A stretch of DNA of 64,000 nt from an uncultured Rickettsiales bacterium (GTDB taxonomy: Bacteria; Pseudomonadota; Alphaproteobacteria; Rickettsiales; RI-342), in NCBI GenBank assembly GCA_964435165.1, contig CAYSXY010000009.1:382-64381 (forward strand), given 5' to 3'. Below the pieces are notes generated by a model. The model did not search any database, was not told the origin of the DNA, and saw only the letters and a list, made by a program, of their open reading frames with translations. The translations under genes and the position numbers were made by a program. Of the stretch, positions 58,040-64,000 are shown piece after piece. Positions within the stretch are counted from its first letter, which is position 1. Every line of letters begins with the position of its first letter.

Positions 58040-58190
58040 ATGATTAGGCTTCGTCGTTACTATTCTGTTGCTGTTTAGCGCAATAAGCTTAACAAACCCT
58101 TCCCAGAGGTGGGAAGAGCCGCACTCTTAGCGTTGTGCGAAGAGCCTGACAAGTAAATAATCCATTGACCGGTGCGCAATGCCACTGCCG

Positions 58191-58691
58191 TTATCTGAGG
58201 TGAAGGACGCAGATAAGTGTGAATAGACGCCGTGCCGTCTCAAAATTAAGCTGTATTTTTCCGGCGAGCATCTCGGCCAGGAGCTCTGACCCCTCATTAT
58301 GAATGCCACGACGCCCCATATCGATCGCTTCGACCTGCGATGTGTTACCGGATTTCGTGGCTTTATAGTAGCTATCGCAAATCAGAAAATAATCCTTAAT
58401 GGTCGAGCGAAAGGGGGCGACGGGCAGCACAATATCTAATTGTGCGTCATCGGCCACATCCGAGGTTACGTCAAATACAAGGCGATTATCACGGATGCTT
58501 AAAAACAGCGCATAAGGCCCGCCAAATACCGCGTGGCCATCTTCATTACACGGATAAAACTGGTTATCTTCCAATAAATCGGCAATCGCGACATTACGCT
58601 CATGCTCAATTTCAGGTGAACGACGTATAATCGAGCCTTCATCAAGCGTCAGATCACTGATGTAATGTTTTTCCTTGTAGTAGGCGTTCAT
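58191..58691 (-). CDS. UPF0262 family protein
   Basis: EHER.VAI.DL, KDYF.IC.SYY, EAIDMGRRG.HNEG, TARRLFTL. Confidence 0.92.
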   Translation of the reverse strand: MNAYYKEKHYISDLTLDEGSIIRRSPEIEHERNVAIADLLEDNQFYPCNEDGHAVFGGPYALFLSIRDNRLVFDVTSDVADDAQLDIVLPVAPFRSTIKDYFLICDSYYKATKSGNTSQVEAIDMGRRGIHNEGSELLAEMLAGKIQLNFETARRLFTLICVLHLR

Positions 58692-59989
58692 TCCTTCGTT
58701 CCACGCACAGTGACGGATAAGGCGTGCGCCTGCAACCCCTCTGCCTCAGCAATCAGGGCGGCCGCACGTCCAACCGTCGCAAGATGTTTCCTCTCACATT
58801 GCATAAAGGAACTACGCTTAAGAAAGTCATAAACCGACAGGCCGCTGGCATAAGCCGCGGCTCCGGAGGTTGGCAGCACATGGCTGGGACCCAACACATA
58901 ATCGCCCAGTGCTTCCGGTGTGTAACGCCCCAGGAAAACAGCTCCGGCATGGGTTATGTTTTTCATTAAATGCTGCGGTTCAGTCACCGCCAGTTCCAGA
59001 TGCTCGGGTGCCAGCCGGTCGATGAGAGGCGGAGCATCCCGCATGATATCCGCTACGACGATGATCGCCCCATTATCCGCCAGGCTGCGGCGAATCATCT
59101 CGGCGCGCGGCAATGTCTTCAATTGTGATTCCATCGCCTTTATCACCTGATTGGCGTAAGTCTCCTCCTCAACCACCAGAATGCTGGACGCCATGACATC
59201 ATGCTCGGCCTGCGACATCATATCCGCTGCTATCCAGTCTGGATCATTTTGACTATCGGCAACCACCAGCACTTCCGATGGGCCGGCGATGGTATCGATT
59301 CCTATGATGCCGAATAGCTGGCGTTTAGCCTCGGCGACATAGGCATTGCCGGGGCCGACCACCACTTTGACCGGCGGTATGGTGTCCGTGCCATAGGCAA
59401 AAGCGGCAACGGCCTGCGCACCGCCAATGCGGTAGATTTCTTCCACCCCACTAATGCGTGCAGCAACCAGCACGGCCGGATTCAAGACACCATCAGGTGA
59501 AGGCACCACCATGGCGATGCGCCGCACCCCCGCCACCTTCGCGGGAATCGCATTCATCAGCACCGAACTGGGATAGGCCGCCGTTCCCCCCGGCACGTAA
59601 AGCCCGACACTGTCGACCGCTGTCCAACGCGCGCCAAGCAGGATGCCTTCATCATCATGATAGCGCAGGTCCTGCGGCATCATGGCTTCGTGATAGCGTT
59701 GAATGCGCGTGGCCGCCAGCTTTAGTGCCTCTTCCACCTCAGGCGCAACAGATGCATTTGCAATCTCCTCTGCCGGTATACGCAGAGCATCCGGTGTGTA
59801 GCGCACCCTGTCAAACCGTTCGGTCAACTCGCAAAGCGCTGCGTCTCCCTCATGGCGAATCCTGGCGATAATCTCGCGCACAGTATTCATGATATCAGCA
59901 TTGCCTTGCTGACTTCGCGTCAAATAATGTGAAAGCCATTGCTCCATTGCATCGGAGCCTGCCTGAAACAAGGGGATGAGGCCCGTCAT
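58688..59989 (-). CDS. hisD: Histidinol dehydrogenase
   Basis: GLYVPGG.A.YPSSVLMN, GGAQA, GPGN.YV.EAK, IAGPSE, SQAEHD, APEHLE, GPSHVLPT. Confidence 0.96.
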   Translation of the reverse strand: MTGLIPLFQAGSDAMEQWLSHYLTRSQQGNADIMNTVREIIARIRHEGDAALCELTERFDRVRYTPDALRIPAEEIANASVAPEVEEALKLAATRIQRYHEAMMPQDLRYHDDEGILLGARWTAVDSVGLYVPGGTAAYPSSVLMNAIPAKVAGVRRIAMVVPSPDGVLNPAVLVAARISGVEEIYRIGGAQAVAAFAYGTDTIPPVKVVVGPGNAYVAEAKRQLFGIIGIDTIAGPSEVLVVADSQNDPDWIAADMMSQAEHDVMASSILVVEEETYANQVIKAMESQLKTLPRAEMIRRSLADNGAIIVVADIMRDAPPLIDRLAPEHLELAVTEPQHLMKNITHAGAVFLGRYTPEALGDYVLGPSHVLPTSGAAAYASGLSVYDFLKRSSFMQCERKHLATVGRAAALIAEAEGLQAHALSVTVRGTKE

Positions 59990-60699
59990 GCCGCCTCTCC
60001 TCCCACGGCCTCACGACACATGGCCAGTAATTGATTCAGTTCATGATTACGCGTTTTGAAGGCGGTACGGTTGATGATCAGTCGCGATGAAATATCGGCG
60101 ATACGTTCTTCTTCCTGCAATCCGTTTTCTTTAAGCGTTTGTCCCGTACTGACCAGGTCAACAATATGGCTCGACAAGCCAAGATTCGGCGCCAGTTCAA
60201 TTGCGCCGTTGAGTTTGATACATTCGGCCTGAATGCCTTTTTCAGCGAAATAGCGGCGCGTGATGTTGGGATATTTTGTTGCCACCCGCACATGACTCCA
60301 GCGCACCACATAATCTTTGCGTGCTTTTTTACGCGATGCCAGGGCCAGATGGCAGTGGCCGATATCCAAATCAAGCGGTGCATAGATGTCGGGATAATCA
60401 AATTCCATCAACACATCACTGCCGCATATACCAAGCTGCGCCGCGTTGAACGCGACATAGGTTGCAACATCAAAGCTACGCACCCGAATCAGTTCAATCT
60501 TTGGGTGGTTTGACGTAAAATGCAGGCGACGAGAATCACTGTCGAAAAATTCTGCTTCGGGTTTAAGATCCAGCCGCTCGAATACCGGCAGTAATTCATT
60601 CAGAATACGGCCTTTCGGCACGGCGATAATCAAGGGCTCTGTGAGTGATACTGTCACGAATGGCCTGCTTTGTTGATGATGACGATCATGTTTATGCAC
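59986..60699 (-). CDS. hisG: ATP phosphoribosyltransferase, short form
   Basis: IAVPKGR, VRSFDV.TYV, VATKYP, KLNGA.ELAP, IVDLVSTG.TL.ENGL; true start may be somewhat downstream of 60699. Confidence 0.93.
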   Translation of the reverse strand: MHKHDRHHQQSRPFVTVSLTEPLIIAVPKGRILNELLPVFERLDLKPEAEFFDSDSRRLHFTSNHPKIELIRVRSFDVATYVAFNAAQLGICGSDVLMEFDYPDIYAPLDLDIGHCHLALASRKKARKDYVVRWSHVRVATKYPNITRRYFAEKGIQAECIKLNGAIELAPNLGLSSHIVDLVSTGQTLKENGLQEEERIADISSRLIINRTAFKTRNHELNQLLAMCREAVGGEAA

Positions 60700-60742
60700 G
60701 CACGTTGGCGCGCTGGCGTTTATCTACCCTGATTATCGGGAT

Positions 60743-62023
60743 TTACGCAACACGCTTCACATCTGCGCCGATCATCGAGAGCTTTTCTTCCAGCCGCTCA
60801 TAACCACGATCCAGATGATAGATACGATTGATGATGGTCTCACCTTCTGCTGCCAGCCCCGCCAGCACCAGTGACATCGACGCACGCAGATCGGTCGCCA
60901 TCACCGGCGCGCCTTTAAAGCGCGGCACTCCCTTGATGGTGGCGACATTGCCGTGCAGGCTGATGTCGGCTCCCATACGCACCAACTCCGGCACATGCAT
61001 AAAGCGGTTTTCAAAAATCGTCTCCGTGATCACCGACGCCCCGTCGGCCAGACAGAGAGCCGCCATCAACTGTGCCTGCATATCCGTTGGAAAGCCGGGA
61101 TGTGGCTGTGTCATCACATTCACACCGTTCAGTCGGCCATCCAGCTTGGGAATCACAATGTCGTCGCCCTCTACCGTGCAAGTTAATCCAGCCTCATGGA
61201 GTTTTTCCAATAGCGCCGATAGATTTTCTGGCCGCGCGCCCACCAGGCGGCCATGCCCTCCGGTGATGGCGAAAGCCAGTAAATAGCTGCCGGCTTCAAT
61301 CCGGTCTGGCACCACTCCATGCTCCGCACCATGCAACTGGCCAACGCCGGTGATTTCCACCGTGCCGCGACCGATACCGTCTATTTTCGCTCCCATCGCC
61401 ACCAGGCACCGCGCCAGATCGGCCACTTCCGGTTCACGCGCCGCATTGTGCAGCACGGTAGTGCCCTTGGCGAGGCTGGCTGCCATCAACAGGTTTTCTG
61501 TGGCACCGACAGAGACCATATCAAATTGAATCTCTGCGCCCTCAAGCCCGTTGGGAGCGCTGGCTTCAATATAACCATCCTGTAAGGTAATGACCGCGCC
61601 CATTGCCTCCAGGGCTTTCAGGTGCTGGTCGATCGGCCTGGCCCCAATGGCACAGCCGCCGGGCAGTGAGACGCGCGCCTGCCCGGCACGCGCTAGTAAT
61701 GGGCCCAGCACCAGCACCGACGCCCGCATCTTCCTCACCAGGTCATAAGGTGCCGTATGGCTGGTAATCTCCGGTGTGTGCAGACGAAGAATATGGCCGG
61801 TATGGCCGTCCTCACCACTCTCTTCCATAGCAATAGTGGTGCCATGTTGCCCCAGCAGATTGGCCAGTGAGCTGATATCGGCAAGATGCGGCACGCGATG
61901 TAAGATGAGCGGCTCATGGGTGAGCAGCGTTGCCGCCATCAACGGCAGGGCTGCATTCTTCGCGCCGCTGATCTGCACTGTGCCTTCAAGCGGGCGACCG
62001 CCTTTGATGCTGAGTTTATCCAT
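60743..62023 (-). CDS. murA: UDP-N-acetylglucosamine 1-carboxyvinyltransferase
   Basis: [50 protein letters not shown]. Confidence 0.97.
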   Translation of the reverse strand: MDKLSIKGGRPLEGTVQISGAKNAALPLMAATLLTHEPLILHRVPHLADISSLANLLGQHGTTIAMEESGEDGHTGHILRLHTPEITSHTAPYDLVRKMRASVLVLGPLLARAGQARVSLPGGCAIGARPIDQHLKALEAMGAVITLQDGYIEASAPNGLEGAEIQFDMVSVGATENLLMAASLAKGTTVLHNAAREPEVADLARCLVAMGAKIDGIGRGTVEITGVGQLHGAEHGVVPDRIEAGSYLLAFAITGGHGRLVGARPENLSALLEKLHEAGLTCTVEGDDIVIPKLDGRLNGVNVMTQPHPGFPTDMQAQLMAALCLADGASVITETIFENRFMHVPELVRMGADISLHGNVATIKGVPRFKGAPVMATDLRASMSLVLAGLAAEGETIINRIYHLDRGYERLEEKLSMIGADVKRVA

Positions 62024-62041
62024 AACCCGATATAACGAACG

Positions 62042-62614
62042 CTAGGCCGCCGTTTTAACTTCCACATGCGGCAGGGTCACCCCTTGCTGGCGCATATATT
62101 TGCCTTTGCGGTCACCGTAGGATTGTTCACAGTCACTATCGGCTTTGAGGAAGAGGAACTGGCAAGCCCCTTCATTGGCGTAGATTTTCGCCGGTAGCGG
62201 CGTGGTGTTGGAAAATTCGAGCGTGACATGGCCTTCCCATTCCGGCTCCAATGGGGTGACATTGACAATAATACCGCAGCGCGCATAGGTGGATTTGCCA
62301 ACGCAAATCACCAGCATGTCCCGCGGAATGCGGAAATATTCAACCGTTCGCGCCAGGGCGAAGGAGTTGGGCGGAATGATACAGACATCCTCCTGCCGAT
62401 CGACAAACCCTTTTTGGGAAAAATTTTTCGGATCGACAATCGCCGAATCGACATTAGTGAAAATCTTGAACTCGTTGGCCACACGCGCATCGTAGCCATA
62501 GGACGATAGCCCGTAGGAAATCACCCCTTCGCGCTGCAAGCCATCGACGAAAGGCTCGATCATCCCGTGTTCCTGTGCCTGCGAACGAATCCAATGATCC
62601 GGCATCACCCCCAT
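62042..62614 (-). CDS. dcd: dCTP deaminase
   Basis: [33 protein letters not shown]; AGGAGG RBS before ATG 62614. Confidence 0.96.
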   Translation of the reverse strand: MGVMPDHWIRSQAQEHGMIEPFVDGLQREGVISYGLSSYGYDARVANEFKIFTNVDSAIVDPKNFSQKGFVDRQEDVCIIPPNSFALARTVEYFRIPRDMLVICVGKSTYARCGIIVNVTPLEPEWEGHVTLEFSNTTPLPAKIYANEGACQFLFLKADSDCEQSYGDRKGKYMRQQGVTLPHVEVKTAA

Positions 62615-62713
62615 CTGCAACCCTCCTGCGGCTGTTTATTATTTGCGATAGGTTTAAACATCTAGCCTATTCGCCGTAGGAAGCAAACAATGATTAAGGT
62701 GTTTAGATAGTAT

Positions 62714-63064
62714 CTAGCGCCCGCGATATGCGCCGCCGCTGGTCGCCGTCATCGTCCAGCGCCGCATCGCCTCTTTTTTGCGCCCGCGAATTTTCTCTTT
62801 CATATTGACGGATTTGAGTTTCCAGAGCTGCTCTTCGCGCGAGCTGCGTTTGATGTTGCCGTCTTTATCACGCTCGCGCGGGCGGCTGCGGCGTGTGAGT
62901 GATTTGACCCGCGCTTCCTCACCGCGCTTGATTTCGCGATTTTCTGTCTCAGCGCGTCTTGCCAAGGCCATCATCAATTGAATCTTGCGATTCTTGAGGC
63001 GCTTCAGCGCCTTTTTCAGTGCCTTGCCGGACAGACCGCGCAGTAATTTTTTGGCATTAAACAC
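62714..63064 (-). CDS. Hypothetical, highly basic (K/R-rich) protein
   Basis: 116-aa ORF with GTG start 3 nt after the previous stop; co-oriented with the dcd-murA run. Confidence 0.6.
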   Translation of the reverse strand: MFNAKKLLRGLSGKALKKALKRLKNRKIQLMMALARRAETENREIKRGEEARVKSLTRRSRPRERDKDGNIKRSSREEQLWKLKSVNMKEKIRGRKKEAMRRWTMTATSGGAYRGR

Positions 63065-63067
63065 CGA

Positions 63068-63259
63068 TTAACCCGCGTGATTATCCGATGCTTTGCCTGC
63101 CGATTGCCCGTTATCAGCAGTGCCTTGCTGTTTGCGGCGTCGCAGATTGCGCCGGAGTGCTTCTGCCTGACGTGCTTTGCGCTGCCCGCCAGATGACATG
63201 TCAGACTCCGGTTTTTCAGGCGTTGCTGAAGATGGGGGCGTGTTTGATGTATCGTTCAT
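63068..63259 (-). CDS. Small basic hypothetical protein
   Basis: R..R.AEALR.NLRRRK.Q motif, typical of the small ORF found near murA and tRNA-Thr in alphaproteobacteria. Confidence 0.65.
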   Translation of the reverse strand: MNDTSNTPPSSATPEKPESDMSSGGQRKARQAEALRRNLRRRKQQGTADNGQSAGKASDNHAG

Positions 63260-63392
63260 GGGTTACTTCTCAGGCATGACGCATTCATGGGTCAAAGGAA
63301 AGATGTACCTTCACAGACCCACTTTGGTCTACATGCATAATGTTAATGATTGGCTATAGCGCTCGTTTTATCAGCAAAAAAAAGCAGTTATC

Positions 63393-63490
63393 CATATCCC
63401 GGGTAAACCTGGAGTCGTTTTCCCTGCGGGGCTACGAACGCTATGCGTTCGCCGTCCTGCTCCCGCAGTCCGGATACTCATTCACTCACG
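63393..63490. repeat. Composite palindromic repeat element
   Basis: Contains the 31-bp unit shared with 8760-8790, the hairpin CGAACGC-TAT-GCGTTCG (63435-63451), and TGCTCCCGCA…ACTCAT shared with about 5027-5053. Confidence 0.65.
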
Positions 63491-63615
63491 CCTAAAGGCC
63501 TTATGCTCTGTCCTGTAAAATGTATAGACCAGTTCCAGCCTGTTGAAAAGACTTGAGTCCAGGGCCGAAATGTGCCATGAAGCGCAACCCTAGCATATAT
63601 GCTGATCACATATGT

Positions 63616-63690
63616 GCCGCTGTAGCTCAGTGGTAGAGCGCGTCATTGGTAATGACGAGGTCCGCAGTTCAATCCTGCGCAGCGGCACCA
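63616..63690 (+). tRNA. tRNA-Thr (GGT)
   Basis: Acceptor stem GCCGCTG/CAGCGGC, D arm TAGCTCAGTGGTAGAGC, anticodon arm CGTCA-TTGGTAA-TGACG, T loop GTTCAAT, encoded CCA. Confidence 0.97.
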
Positions 63691-64000
63691 CTTATATTTG
63701 CGATCAGCTATATTTTCCAGACAATACACCGTTATGAATGTGCGCGACCGGAATACCCGGCAACGCACAGACGACCTATTCAGCCTCAGCAACCTTTATG
63801 GACATGGCCATATGACGCAGATCATAATTTTCGGCTTCGCTTGTTAACCCGATCGCCCTGTTTTTCATGTTTTTATTAACAATCGAATGGGACTAATCAC
63901 GCATCATCAGCATGCGCCGATCATTATTTCTATTTTTATTTCCTGACCGATCTTGATGCATAGCTCGGTAGGGCGGAATGTTTATCCAACGCGCAGGCTG

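Noticed and set aside
59986-60699. Truncated hisG pseudogene
   Set aside because: Short-form HisG is normal in alphaproteobacteria and works with HisZ encoded elsewhere.
63616-64000. Integrative element at tRNA-Thr, and ORF 63646-63879
   Set aside because: No integrase or duplicated tRNA 3' end is visible within the window; the ORF overlaps the tRNA. Sequence beyond 64000 cannot be judged.

Overview
Alphaproteobacterial chromosomal segment (inferred from the murA-hisG-hisD-UPF0262-infA-maf order, glnD and a CtrA-type box), in three blocks. (1) 1.4-18.2 kb: a split type IV pilus locus (pilB with a long P/Q/A-rich N-terminus, pilC, divergent PilM/N-, PilO- and PilP/GspB-like genes; then TPR-pilT-pilU-cNMP gene) interrupted by housekeeping genes. 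It is preceded by arsC and an orphan DUF2282/bufferin-type precursor with an exact sigmaF-type promoter (GTAACC-N16-CGAA). (2) 18.3-50.6 kb: a cell-surface island with a 1283-aa RTX-repeat, S-layer-like protein, two PrtD/PrtE-type T1SS ABC+MFP pairs, two SapC-family proteins, a Maf (DUF115) nonulosonate transferase with no flagellin in the window, and Wzm/Wzt. It also carries a pseudaminic-acid-type pathway lacking a recognisable pseG but with NUDIX+HAD, formyltransferase and oxidoreductase/aminotransferase/GNAT genes, plus two apparently degenerate enzymes (methyltransferase-like, TPR-sulfotransferase-like). This island is the best candidate for an undescribed system: Maf-dependent glycosylation of a T1SS-secreted surface protein with a tailored nonulosonic acid (inference, untested). 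(3) 51.8-63.7 kb: core genes and tRNA-Thr(GGT). Intergenic DNA holds a 271-bp MITE-like element, a solo copy of its end, and several small palindromic repeat families. All calls come from reading motifs by eye; no database searches were run.
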